Shown here: one piece after another, positions 7,123 to 18,502 of the stretch
Layout of the letters: every line of letters begins with the position of its first letter
How positions within the stretch are numbered: the stretch's first letter is position 1
IMG/VR virus record: IMGVR_UViG_3300012145_000009
Span: 1-26,501 of that record
Length of the DNA: 26,501 nt
DNA from: a virus
Lineage: Duplodnaviria > Caudoviricetes
Direction: 5' to 3' (one strand)
Position numbers and translations under genes: made by a program
The notes under the pieces: model-generated
What the model saw: the letters and a program-made list of their open reading frames with translations, nothing else
Told to the model about the DNA's origin: nothing
The model's database searches: none

Positions 7123-10100
7123 ATGGCAAGACAACAAGTTGACATTGGTGTAGAAGGTAATGACGGTACTGGCGATAGCATTCGCGAAAGTTTTCGCAAA
7201 GTAAATAATAACTTTCAAGAACTATATGCTGTGTTTGGTATCGGTGGACAGATCAGCTTTACTGATCTAAGTGATACGCCAAACACCTACGAAGGCAACG
7301 AAAACAAAGTACCCACAGTAAGATCAGATGGTAGTGGATTAAACTTGTTAGAACTTGCCTCAGACAATGCACTGGATGGCGGAGTTGACACAATTGGTTT
7401 TGACTTTAGCGTTGACGGTAAGCTGATTGTTAGACAGCTGGTATCTCGTGTTTCTAACGATCCAGAACCAACACTGGGCGGTCCTCTCAACGCAGCAACA
7501 CAGCCTATTGCAGGTATAACAGTTAGTCAAGCAGCCGTTGATACTTTTAACTCAGTATATGGCACTGACTTTGATATAGGCGATCTAGTTATTAACAAAA
7601 GTTTCGCCGATAGAAACTATCAAGAAAAAGAAGTGGCAGGCGGCGGCATACGTCTAGCTGACGAACCTGTTGGCGCAACACAGTACACAGTTACAGCTAA
7701 TAGCCTAAGCTTGGGTAATTTTGTTGCGCCGAGTCACGGACTGAGTGATGCGTTTAATGGTGCTGAATTTATTTTTCGCACAATAGGAACAGAACCATTT
7801 GGTGTAACCAACGAAGGTTCAGTGTTTATCCGAGTTGTAGACGGTGATACTCTGGCGTTTTACAACAGCGAAGCTGATGCTATCAACAACACTGGGCGCA
7901 TACTACTGAGTGGTGGTACCGGCACATTTACTATCACTGACGCAGCATATGATCCTAGTTTGCCGGGCAATTGGTTAAGCAATGTAGCTATTCCTAGAAA
8001 GAGTGCAGTTCGTCGTCAGGGCGACAACATGACTGGTGCGCTTAATCTGTTTGATCACCCAGGTGAACTAGCAGGCACAGGTCTTCCAAATGGTCCAGAT
8101 GACCTACAGGCTGCTACAAAACTGTATGTAGACAATGCCGCTGCATCTAGTCAAGTAAACCTATTTGTAAGTACCAGTGGAAATGATCTACAAACATTCA
8201 CCCCAGACGGTAAAGAAGGTCGCGCTCCTAGTTACGCCTTCCGTACTATTAATGCTGCGGCTCAAAAAGCCGAAGAACTGATAGAAGCTGCACCGTTTGA
8301 ACCCGGTCCGTACCTGCAGACTATGACGTTTAATAATGGTGCTGCCGCTGCAAATATTGTTACAGCTGGCATAGCCAGTCCTATCCTAGGACGTATAGAT
8401 GCTAGAACATTGATTCTGAAAAACAAAGAGTTTGTAGCCAAAGAAGTTACAGGTTATATTGATGCTACATTCCCTGATTTCGCCAACAGTTATAGTAAAG
8501 AAATCTGCCAACGAGATGTTGGATATATTCTAGACAGTGTTAGCTTAGATGCGCTGCTGGGTAACAATGCAAACTATCTATCTCGTTGGTCTGGTATACG
8601 ATATTATTCAAACGTAAGTGCGCAACGTGCTATTGGTTCACAGCGTATACAGACTATTGCTGGTATTGAATATGCTAAGACACTGGTAACACAATTTATC
8701 TTAACAAACACAGCACCATCTATACTGTATCAAGATCGTGTTGCACAGGTTATTGATTTAGGTGAAGTACCTGACACTTCAGCAGATGAAGCTATTGGTG
8801 CTAAATTTGATATTGTTCTTGACGTAATCAATGACGGTGTACTAAATGCGCCGGCTATTGTTGATGGTCAAACTACTTACAAAATCAACATATCGAATGA
8901 TAATCTTGGATTTATTGATCAAGCTAATCCGGAAAACACTGATATTATTCCCGGAAAGGTAGTGAGAGGTAAAAACTCAGGAGCAATTGGTCGTATTATT
9001 GATTATAGATACGAAGCTGGTGATAGAGCAGTAAGCGTAGCAACCACAGACGAAATTGAAGTACAACTGTTAGAGCCGTTTGAATTTGAAGAAGGTGAAG
9101 AACTAGAATACGGAAATATTGTAAGAGAAACACAGATCACTATACGTGTTGAAAGTGGCATTTACGAAGAAGATTATCCGATTCGTGTACCTGCGAACGT
9201 TTCGGTCAAAGGTGATGAGTTTAGACGTTGTATTGTGCGTCCAAAGCAGCGTGTATCACAGTCACGTTGGGCAAACACTTTCTTCTATAGAGATGCAGAA
9301 TTTGATGATCTTATATTAGGTAAGTCAAATATTGAAGCGGTTGCATTTGATCCACAAACTAATGCATCTAGAACCCCAGGTACATATAGTGTAAGTTTAT
9401 GGACAACAGATAAATTAGGCAAAGATGCAGAATTTGATATTACCATTGGAGGCGACGGCGCAATAACAGACATCACAATTACTAATGCAGGCAAGGACTT
9501 CCAACACGGTGAACGACTAACTGTTAGCGATAATCTATTAGGCTCAGGCGGCGCTACTAGCATTACATTTACAATTGCTAATGTTCCTAACGGTATTGAA
9601 TATATAAATCCTTTAACTGGAAGAGCTGATGGATATTTTGGTTATCATTACCTAACACAGCCCGAAAAATTAAAAAATATCGGCGAAGGTTATGAAAACG
9701 TAGGCAACTGGGAAACTGCTGCTCTGTCTTTGATTGACAATAGAGAATTTATACAAGAGCAGGTAGTGAACTTTGTTGAAGATCAATATCCTGCGCTGAT
9801 CGGATCTGCTGGATATTCTAGACCTGCATGGGCTAGAGATGCAGGATCAATCGTAGATGCTCTAGTTAAAGATCTACGCAATGGTGGAAATGAGTTTAGT
9901 TTAGAAGCTCAGGGCCAGTTTAATGCCAGCACAGTCGCTGCTGGTACAGAAACACAAAAAGCTGCAAGCATAGAATACATTGCCACAATAGGTAAAAGAA
10001 TTATTAGAGGTCTGGCACCAGTTACAATATACGGAGTAAGCCCTGAATTTACGTTCGATGACTTTAATGGCGACGGCGATCCAGCACAATGGCAATCGAG

Positions 10101-13100
10101 CCGAACCTATCGTTTAGGAAATGTTGTTAAGTTTACAACTGGGTTGGGAGTAACAAGTTACTATACACCTACAAAAGAACATATATCAGGCAGCACATTC
10201 AGCACTGGAGAGATAGCAGAATTTTGGAGAGTAATAGACGGTCCTAGTGTTGTGTTACAAAACTTGATTAATACCGTTAAGTTTGCATTTAATGCAGAGT
10301 ACAATCCTCCACTGAGAAACGATGAGATGGATGTGTTCTTGATGAACGATGCAACTATTGTGCGAAATCTAACAGTGCAAGGACACGGTGGATTTATGTG
10401 TGTGCTTGATCCAGAAGGCCAAGTACTAACTAAATCACCATACATTCAAACTGGTTCAAGCTTTTCGAAATCGCTTAATAAACAAGCGTTTAGGGGTGGA
10501 TTGTTTGTTGATGCGTTTGTAGGTAACTCGGCTGTACAAGTTACAGAAAAAGTAGACGGCAATGCATTTAGATTAAGGATTCAAAGTTTAGGTTCTCCAA
10601 CAGAACCACAGGGTTTATTTGTAAGACGCCCTCAAACACCTAGTGCATTTTACGTTGACGGCAGACGTTTTCAAATTGACGCAGTAACAGCATACGATAA
10701 AAATGCAGGCACTGCAGAACTTATATTGTCAAGAAACTCAAACAACGGCACAGGATTTACTGGTCTAACTAGTTTACTAGGAACCGGTGTTGATCTGGAC
10801 GACCTCAGCACTCCAATTCCACTTACACTACAAACAGCTGGTAACAGAAGTATCTTAGGCAATGACTTTACACAAGTTAACGACTTGGGTTACGGACTAG
10901 TTGCTGCAAACGGCGCCCTAAGTGAAATGGTTAGCATGTTTACATACTACTGCTACGCTAGTTATTATGCTAAAAACGGTGCTGAAATTAGATCACTAAC
11001 GGGATCAAGTTGTTATGGTGAGTTTGGTCTAGTTGCCGAAGGGTCGGATCCTAATGAGATTCCAGATTCAATTGCACTATATCAAGATATGACGCAGCCT
11101 GCTAAAGCATTTGATGTAGATGCTATTCTTACACTAACAGGTCCTGTTATTTTAGAAGCTGGCGAAGAAATCACACAAACACTTACTGGTGCAGTTGGTA
11201 AGATAGCAGTATCAACAAGTCAAACTGGCGGCAGCAATGTACTATATATAACTGATATTTCTGGAGCATTTGACACAACTAATGAATTAAGTATTACTGG
11301 TCCTATTACAGGTGACTCTACAGTTACCGCACTGGGAGCAAATAGTGTCCCGATAATTGTAGACTCTAATGGGTACGACAACCCAGTTGAAGGACTTTCG
11401 GTGTATGTGTACGATATGCAAGACGCTCCGTCAAACAGATCAGAAGTTAATATATATCATCCCACTCGTCCTGCATTCGCACGTTATGAAGTTGCAAATG
11501 CAGAAATTGTACAACATGTAGTTGGTGAATACGCAGACCTTGGTGCATCAGATTATACTAAAACTACAGTAAATGCTGGTGCAAGTGGGTTTGTATTTAC
11601 ACTAACTAAAACAATTGATGCGGGATACCGTGCAACATTCCAAGTAGCAGAAGACGGCAGAGACTATACAGTAGGAGATACATTTGTAGTAACTGGTGAT
11701 AAGCTTGGTGGCGAAACGCCTACAAACGATTGTACAGTTACAATAGACGCAGTTGCACTAGCAGATGGCGCAGTAACCGAAGTAAGTGCAAGTGGTACTA
11801 TTGCAGTTGAAGCAAGTACTCCAATGTATAGTGGTAAGGTTTATAAGCTTAACTTTAGTACAGGCGATGCAACATTCAGCGCAAATGGTCTGTTAGAAAT
11901 TGTACCATTTAACACTAGTATAGTTTATTATCGTAATCAAACACATATTATTAGTGATTTGGCTCGTCCAGATGTACTAACTATTCGTCCAAGCACTGCA
12001 CTAACTTTTGATGAAAATCCAGACTTTGTTTATAGAAGTATTAGCTTCTTAACCAGTGACAGTTTAGGAGATGATTTGCCTACTAATACTTCACAAGCAG
12101 GATTAGACAGTTCATACGATTTTATTAGATTAACTATAGATCCTGCTAAAGCACAAGAAGTTGCACTGGCAAATACCGGTACTACAAAAGGTGGAACAGC
12201 AGGCGACACAGTACTTGCTATTAAATTAGCAGATACTAACGAAATATTTAGACTTAACAACAACGCAAGAACTCCCGAAGCAAATAGGCCGGCAGGTTGG
12301 ACAGCGGACTCATTAACAATTGAATCACCTATTGTGACATGGGCCGGAAAAAAGCATTATGCGTTTAACTATAGAGGTGTTGGTGTAGGTAATATAGTTG
12401 AAGAGCCAGGCGAAGATAACATATACGCAATTGTTGACCTAGTTGATTATGATACAATTAACCAAACAGACGCAACTGGTATCGCAAGCACAGTAGTACT
12501 AGGTTCGGAACTTGTTACTCTACGTGCAGGTCTCAAAGCTGGCGCTACTGGTAGTGTTACAGTTAATATTAGTACTTGTCGTGCAACTGGACACGATTTC
12601 TTAGATATCGGTACAGGCGGGTTCAACTCAAGCAACTATCCAAATGTCATTTTTGGCGAGCCAGGCGAGAAGAAGGAAGCTAACGAAGTTATCGAAAAAG
12701 GTAAAGGTCGTGTGTTCTATGTGAGTACAGATCAAAATGGTATTTTCCGTGTAGGTCGATTCTTCGCAGTAGACCAAGGAACTGGTACAGTTACATTTAG
12801 TGCAAGTCTTGCACTGTCAGACGTTGATGGACTAGGCTTCAAACGCGGTGTTGTTATTACTGAATTTAGTACTGACACGGCAATGGTAGATAATGCTTCA
12901 GATACAGTACCAACAGAAAGTGCTGTGCGTGGCTATGTTAACAGACGATTAGGATATGATGTAACAGGTGCTCCTGTTGCTAATAAATTAGGCCCTGGTG
13001 TACTTGCTCCAAACGGTGCTGTTCCGATGACAGATAATCTAAACGCTGCTGGAAATACTATCACTAATCTAAGTGCACCAGTAACAGCATCTGATGCTGC

Positions 13101-14958
13101 TACAAAAGCTTATGTAGACAACGCAGCAGGCGGTCTAGATGAAATACAAGATCTGCGCAGTGTCGAATATAATCAATACGATGTAGGACAACTATTAGTT
13201 GCTACTGGGTTTAAAAAACTAATTGTTAGTGCAGGTAGTGTAGTAGGAGGTCCTTTTGAGCGAGGGAACGAAATTTCTGGCACAATTACCGGAGCAACTG
13301 GACTGATAGTTGATGTAAAAACAGACACAGTACTTGAAGGAGCAGTTGTAGAAATTACATATACTCCACTTACCGGTGAATTTAGCGATGGTAGGCCTGC
13401 AGGCTTATCGCTAGATCCCGATATTATAAGAGTAATCGGCGGCACTCAAGGGTTAGTTATAGACGGACCGGTCGATGAATGGGCAAACGGTGTTGCAAAT
13501 CCTGCAAGTGATATATTGATTACTACTAACAGAGAAGTTACAGTGGTAGGAAGCACAGTAACAGATAGATTTACTACACTAAACTTCCAAATAAATCCTA
13601 ACAGTATTGTAAACTCAGATGTTAATGCCGGTGCTAACATAGCTCAAAGCAAGCTAAATCTTAACGCAGCTACAACTAGATCAAATGCTATATCTATCAG
13701 TCAAGCAGACCTAGGCGTTGCTGCGTTTGATAGTATTGTGTTTGCTAACACGGACGGATGGATAACCATTGCTGACGGTCAATTGCCGCTTAAAAAAATA
13801 CAACGTATACAGGACGGCAATGTTCTGGGTAATTGGAGTGGTGACAGTTCAGATAACGATATTGATCAAATACCGTTTAGCACAGTTATTCAAGAAGGCG
13901 GCGGCTTAGCTGATGTTGATTTTACATCTATTGTCACAGCGGTTAGTGATCCAGGCGAAGCACTGATTAAGACTGGTGCTGGTACTTACGGTATCTCAAA
14001 CGTGACCACAACTGGTGAAGTAAACTCAATAGTAAAAACTAGAGCCAATGGCAGTGTACAGGCCAACAGTCTAATATTGGGCGGGGACAGTACATACGAA
14101 ATCCTAGCACTGGATACTACAACTGTAGTGTTTAAAACTCCGGCGCAGGGTGAAATATTAAGAGCAGTTGGCGGTAGTGGCGGAGTTTCGCCCACATTTC
14201 CAACAGTTGAAATACCCGGCAGTGTTAATATAGCTGGCACAGGTGTTTCAGAAAGCGTTCTACAAAACCAATCAACACTTAATGGTGAAAGCAGACTGGC
14301 TGTTGACTGGATCTATTCTAGCTTTATTGAAGCAGCAGGTGAAAAAGGTTCAGCTTCAACTGGTTTAGCAATTGGTGCAGGCACTGGTGTTACTACCACA
14401 GGTCAAGTAGCTATTGTAACAGGCGACAGCGGCACTAGTTCAAGTGTTACTCCGTTTATTTTTAGCTCAACAGGAGTAACGCCAGATACTGACAATGCTT
14501 ATGATATAGGCAGTGCTTCTCGCAAGTATGCTAACATATACGCAACACTGTTCCGTGGTACTGCTACTGAATCATACTACGCTGACTTGGCAGAAAATTA
14601 TCTAGCAGATGCAGATTATGAGCCAGGTACTGTAGTAGTATTCGGTGGCACAGCCGAAGTTACTATAAATACCGAAAAAGACACACATCGTGTAGCTGGT
14701 GTTGTGACTACAAATCCTGCACACTTGATGAACAGTCACCTCAAAGGCGATCATGTCACAGGCATTGCGCTTACAGGTCGTGTTCCATGTAAGGTGATTG
14801 GCAAAGTTCAGAAAGGTGATATGTTGGTGGCCAGTGCTATACCTGGTTATGCTATGGTAAACAACACACCCGGTGTAGGAACTGTGATAGGTAAAGCATT
14901 AGAAGACAAAACAACCACAGATCGTGGTGTAATAGAAGTAGTGGTAGGTAAGCACTAA
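7123..14958 (+). CDS. Giant virion structural protein (baseplate/tailspike-like), 2611 aa, with C-terminal autocleaving chaperone-like domain
   Basis: N-terminal T4 gp9/gp10-type motif (IGVEGNDGTGDSIRESFRKVNNNF), AATKxYVD fibre motifs, pectin-lyase-like beta-helix segments, and C-terminal ADLAENY...ALTGRVPCKV...GDMLV (Peptidase_G2/IMC-like). Confidence 0.85.
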   Translation: MARQQVDIGVEGNDGTGDSIRESFRKVNNNFQELYAVFGIGGQISFTDLSDTPNTYEGNENKVPTVRSDGSGLNLLELASDNALDGGVDTIGFDFSVDGKLIVRQLVSRVSNDPEPTLGGPLNAATQPIAGITVSQAAVDTFNSVYGTDFDIGDLVINKSFADRNYQEKEVAGGGIRLADEPVGATQYTVTANSLSLGNFVAPSHGLSDAFNGAEFIFRTIGTEPFGVTNEGSVFIRVVDGDTLAFYNSEADAINNTGRILLSGGTGTFTITDAAYDPSLPGNWLSNVAIPRKSAVRRQGDNMTGALNLFDHPGELAGTGLPNGPDDLQAATKLYVDNAAASSQVNLFVSTSGNDLQTFTPDGKEGRAPSYAFRTINAAAQKAEELIEAAPFEPGPYLQTMTFNNGAAAANIVTAGIASPILGRIDARTLILKNKEFVAKEVTGYIDATFPDFANSYSKEICQRDVGYILDSVSLDALLGNNANYLSRWSGIRYYSNVSAQRAIGSQRIQTIAGIEYAKTLVTQFILTNTAPSILYQDRVAQVIDLGEVPDTSADEAIGAKFDIVLDVINDGVLNAPAIVDGQTTYKINISNDNLGFIDQANPENTDIIPGKVVRGKNSGAIGRIIDYRYEAGDRAVSVATTDEIEVQLLEPFEFEEGEELEYGNIVRETQITIRVESGIYEEDYPIRVPANVSVKGDEFRRCIVRPKQRVSQSRWANTFFYRDAEFDDLILGKSNIEAVAFDPQTNASRTPGTYSVSLWTTDKLGKDAEFDITIGGDGAITDITITNAGKDFQHGERLTVSDNLLGSGGATSITFTIANVPNGIEYINPLTGRADGYFGYHYLTQPEKLKNIGEGYENVGNWETAALSLIDNREFIQEQVVNFVEDQYPALIGSAGYSRPAWARDAGSIVDALVKDLRNGGNEFSLEAQGQFNASTVAAGTETQKAASIEYIATIGKRIIRGLAPVTIYGVSPEFTFDDFNGDGDPAQWQSSRTYRLGNVVKFTTGLGVTSYYTPTKEHISGSTFSTGEIAEFWRVIDGPSVVLQNLINTVKFAFNAEYNPPLRNDEMDVFLMNDATIVRNLTVQGHGGFMCVLDPEGQVLTKSPYIQTGSSFSKSLNKQAFRGGLFVDAFVGNSAVQVTEKVDGNAFRLRIQSLGSPTEPQGLFVRRPQTPSAFYVDGRRFQIDAVTAYDKNAGTAELILSRNSNNGTGFTGLTSLLGTGVDLDDLSTPIPLTLQTAGNRSILGNDFTQVNDLGYGLVAANGALSEMVSMFTYYCYASYYAKNGAEIRSLTGSSCYGEFGLVAEGSDPNEIPDSIALYQDMTQPAKAFDVDAILTLTGPVILEAGEEITQTLTGAVGKIAVSTSQTGGSNVLYITDISGAFDTTNELSITGPITGDSTVTALGANSVPIIVDSNGYDNPVEGLSVYVYDMQDAPSNRSEVNIYHPTRPAFARYEVANAEIVQHVVGEYADLGASDYTKTTVNAGASGFVFTLTKTIDAGYRATFQVAEDGRDYTVGDTFVVTGDKLGGETPTNDCTVTIDAVALADGAVTEVSASGTIAVEASTPMYSGKVYKLNFSTGDATFSANGLLEIVPFNTSIVYYRNQTHIISDLARPDVLTIRPSTALTFDENPDFVYRSISFLTSDSLGDDLPTNTSQAGLDSSYDFIRLTIDPAKAQEVALANTGTTKGGTAGDTVLAIKLADTNEIFRLNNNARTPEANRPAGWTADSLTIESPIVTWAGKKHYAFNYRGVGVGNIVEEPGEDNIYAIVDLVDYDTINQTDATGIASTVVLGSELVTLRAGLKAGATGSVTVNISTCRATGHDFLDIGTGGFNSSNYPNVIFGEPGEKKEANEVIEKGKGRVFYVSTDQNGIFRVGRFFAVDQGTGTVTFSASLALSDVDGLGFKRGVVITEFSTDTAMVDNASDTVPTESAVRGYVNRRLGYDVTGAPVANKLGPGVLAPNGAVPMTDNLNAAGNTITNLSAPVTASDAATKAYVDNAAGGLDEIQDLRSVEYNQYDVGQLLVATGFKKLIVSAGSVVGGPFERGNEISGTITGATGLIVDVKTDTVLEGAVVEITYTPLTGEFSDGRPAGLSLDPDIIRVIGGTQGLVIDGPVDEWANGVANPASDILITTNREVTVVGSTVTDRFTTLNFQINPNSIVNSDVNAGANIAQSKLNLNAATTRSNAISISQADLGVAAFDSIVFANTDGWITIADGQLPLKKIQRIQDGNVLGNWSGDSSDNDIDQIPFSTVIQEGGGLADVDFTSIVTAVSDPGEALIKTGAGTYGISNVTTTGEVNSIVKTRANGSVQANSLILGGDSTYEILALDTTTVVFKTPAQGEILRAVGGSGGVSPTFPTVEIPGSVNIAGTGVSESVLQNQSTLNGESRLAVDWIYSSFIEAAGEKGSASTGLAIGAGTGVTTTGQVAIVTGDSGTSSSVTPFIFSSTGVTPDTDNAYDIGSASRKYANIYATLFRGTATESYYADLAENYLADADYEPGTVVVFGGTAEVTINTEKDTHRVAGVVTTNPAHLMNSHLKGDHVTGIALTGRVPCKVIGKVQKGDMLVASAIPGYAMVNNTPGVGTVIGKALEDKTTTDRGVIEVVVGKH

Positions 14959-15113
14959 TGAAAAAATCGTATGTAGATAGGTTAATTCAACGTGGTGCGC
15001 AGACCAGCACTGATACAAAAAATACGCAGCAACGTCAAGTAGTTGCTACAGCAGGAAAACTGAGAATACAAGTGGGCAAAGGAAAACCAACACATGGCAA
15101 GACAAACAATTGA
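14958..15113 (+). CDS. Small basic hypothetical protein, 51 aa (not in the ORF track)
   Basis: TAATG stop/start overlap with the giant gene; fills the gap and overlaps the next gene by 20 nt. Confidence 0.55.
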   Translation: MKKSYVDRLIQRGAQTSTDTKNTQQRQVVATAGKLRIQVGKGKPTHGKTNN

Positions 15114-15552
15114 TCTAGGAACCACTCCCAACAGAGGCGATGGTGATCCGTTACGTTCTGCGTTTCGTAAAATAAATGAAAATTTTGATGAGTTGTATGC
15201 TGGTAACTTTGCTGCGCCTGATCAGACAGCAAGTGATCTTGTGCCTAGTATTGACGCTACTTACAATCTAGGCAGCAGCGAACGACAATGGACAGATCTA
15301 CATGTAGCAGATTTTATATATCTAAATGGTGCTAGAATTGAAGTTACTGCTTCAGGTGCGTTGCTGGTAAATGGTGCAGCGGCTGCTGAAGTACAGGATA
15401 TACAAGGTTCAGTATTTGCCGATGACAGCACGTTGTTAGTTGATGCGGTAAACGGTATTATTCCCGGTTACGTAAGTTTGTCTACACTAAAAGCAGAGGT
15501 AGCAGCAAGTACAGATTTTACTGATTTTCAAACTAGGATTGCTACGCTTTAA
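15094..15552 (+). CDS. Virion structural protein with gp9/gp10-type N-terminus, 152 aa
   Basis: MARQTIDLGTTPNRGDGDPLRSAFRKINENFDELY; contains one GSVFADDS repeat. Confidence 0.85.
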   Translation: MARQTIDLGTTPNRGDGDPLRSAFRKINENFDELYAGNFAAPDQTASDLVPSIDATYNLGSSERQWTDLHVADFIYLNGARIEVTASGALLVNGAAAAEVQDIQGSVFADDSTLLVDAVNGIIPGYVSLSTLKAEVAASTDFTDFQTRIATL

Positions 15553-18502
15553 TAAGATGCGATAAATATACTAAACAATAGGATTTTTGAGAATGGCAAA
15601 TAGATTTCCACTGGTACTAGACGCTGATGCCGGTAATAAAATAAAAGAATTGCCTAGTGGCGACAATCTTAACCTTAGAGAAAGTTCGATAGTAAATGTA
15701 CAAGACATCACGGCACTGGGCACAATCAACGCAGCAGACATAACTGTAAACGGAAATCGACTGGTAGCACAGGCTTTTGCTGATCTAACTGATACACCTA
15801 ACAGTTTTGTAGGGGCTGCTGACTATTTTGTCAAGGTCAAAGAAGATGGTACTGGGCTGGAGTTTAGACCGTTCAGTGACATTGGTAATATCGAAGTAGA
15901 ACGTATTGAAGTTAGCGAAATAATTTTACCTACTGTGGACAATACAGTTGATATAGGCACTGATGCGCTTGGTTTTCGTCGAGTAACAGCAACTGAATTC
16001 AAAGGTGATTTGCTAACAAACAACGAAACTAAGGTCTTTGATGCTGTTACAGGATTTATTAGTTATGCTGCCCTACAAGGCGCTCCTCAATTCCTTTCAG
16101 AATTTACAGATGATATCGGATTTCTTAGAACAGAAGACCTAGATGACGCACTGGGCGGACTTTTTGATCAGGGTGTACCGTTTGCTACTGATATAAAAGG
16201 CTCAGTATTTGCTGACGATTCGACCGCTATCGTGGACGGTGTTGCTGGTGTTATTAGAGGTGATACTGAATACGTTGGCACTGGCTTTATACGTGGACAA
16301 ACTGTTGTAATTTTAGCCGACGGCTATGTTCAACTAGGACAAACTGAGATATTAACCACCATCGAACCAGAAACCAACGGTGAAGGCAGCATAGGTACAG
16401 AGTCAAGACGTTTTGGTAATGGTTATTTTGATACTATAAACGTACCTACTGTACAAACTGAAAGTGTACAGACTGGTCTAGGTCTGGGAATTGGATCGAT
16501 CTCTAGTTCAACAGACATCAGTTTAACAGCAGGAAACAGAGTTAAAATAGATGGTGCTGTACCTTTTAGATTTGCTAGTGTTACAACTGCTGAACAACTA
16601 GCAATTGGTGCACAAGAAGGCGATGTAATCTACAACATCACAACTAGTCGTTTGCAAATGTATCAAGGCAGTGCGTGGAAAGATGTAAATGGCAATGTAG
16701 AAGCTACCACAGGAACATCAAACTTTAACGACGTAGTAGTCACAGGTAACTTAACAGTAAGTGGTACAACTACAACAGTTAACACAACAAACACAACAAT
16801 CAGCGACAACGTAATTGTACTCAACAGCGGCGAATCAGGCGCTGGTGTTACAAACACAACTGCTGGTATAGAAATTGATAGAGGTACAGTGTCTAATGTA
16901 TCTTTTGTATACAACGACAGTGTAGACAAATGGACGCTAGGTTCGGAGACATTAGTTGCAGGAACATTTGAAGCAACTACTAGTGTATCCACTGTAGGAT
17001 TAACAGCATCAATAATTAGCAATATCTCCGGAGGCGGCCCGTTACAGATTAAGTCAGGTGTAGACGGAGATACTGGCAACGGTATACTAATTAATCCTTA
17101 CGGTAGTGATACATATATTCAATCACAGGCTGAAACGCACTTTTGGGGCACTGGGCCGTATTTAGACGCAGGTCCAAATCCTTATGTTCAATTTAAAACT
17201 GCTGGAGCATTTGAAGCAAAAGCTGGTGCATATTTTGTAGGAAACTTAACAGGCGATGTTGTAGGTAGTGTATTTGCAGACGACAGTGCTGTAATGGTTG
17301 ATGCAGTTAACAATGAATTAACTGCTGACAAAGTTAATACGCAAACTGTAGAAGGTACAAGTTTAATACTATTATCACAATCTGGTGTAAACATAACAGC
17401 ATCTACAAGTGCTTTGATGCGTTCATTAGATGGTGACTTTACTATAGACGCAACAGGTGGGTTAGCACAACTAACAGGCAACGGTGGCAATGCAAGCGTA
17501 GCAGTAAATGGTGACACAGGACAAATTACAATTGGGTCAACTCACAGCGTAACTTTATTAGGAGCTGCTGGCGCAGCAGTTAATATCGGAACTGGTACAA
17601 GTGGCACTGTTACACTAGGCAACGGCACAAACACTGTAGACTTTGCAAGTGGATCAACTGCTGACTTTACAGGAGCAACAGTTACAGGATTAGCTGCAAA
17701 CGTAACAGGTAACATTGACAACACAGCACTAACTATAGGTGCATCAGCCGCAACATCAATTGCAATTGGTAATGCTGGTAGTACAACTACTATTAACGGT
17801 ACAGTTAACTTGCCCGCACTAATTGCAGGTGAAATTACAGCAGACAACAGTATTAGTATTACTACAGCAACAGGCGACGGTAATGCAATTAGTATTGGTC
17901 CGCAAGGCACTAACACATTTGTTAACTTGACTGCTAACAATATTAGATTCTTTGGGCCTATAGTACGTAATATAGAAGCACAGGCTGGCATAACAGGTGA
18001 CTTAAAAGGCAGCGTAGTAGCAGACGATTCTACTGTAATGATTGATGGACAATCTGGTACTATTACAGGACCTGTTGTGTCTAATAGCATTTCGGGTACA
18101 GTAGTTAAAGCAACTACTATTGAAAATTATACTACTGACGATTTAGCAATTAATGTTGACGGGTTTATTAATATCAATGCAGGAACAGACGATAGCGGAT
18201 TAAGTAAGATCCAAATGGATCAAACCGGTATTAATTATATTGAATTAACAACAGAACCAAAGACTCCAGGTAATCCTGCAGACGTTGCAAATATTGCAAT
18301 TAACGCAACAGCATCATCAGGCGATGTTATAATAGGTACTACAGGCAGTACACGCAGTCAAGCAGTAACAATACACAATGCAACAGTTAACGGAACACTA
18401 GAAGGTAATGCAAACGGTGCGCACACAGGTACACTAATAGGTGATGTTGTAGGTAGTATATTTGCTGACGATAGTAGTGTAATGGTTGACGCGATAAACT
18501 TT
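15397..18502 (+). repeat. Dispersed ~20-aa repeat D-x-x-GS(V/I)(F/V)ADDS-x-x-x-(V/I)D, five copies in two genes
   Basis: Copies begin near 15397, 16190, 17255, 17998 and 18443. Confidence 0.85.
15561..15568 (+). promoter_or_regulatory. Late-type promoter GATAAATA
   Basis: Intergenic, upstream of SD AGGA and ATG 15593. Confidence 0.7.

Noticed and set aside
17252-18500. Near-identical repeat pair as a diversity-generating retroelement TR/VR
   Set aside because: Mismatches are mostly synonymous and not adenine-specific, both copies are in-frame in one gene, and no reverse transcriptase is present in the window.
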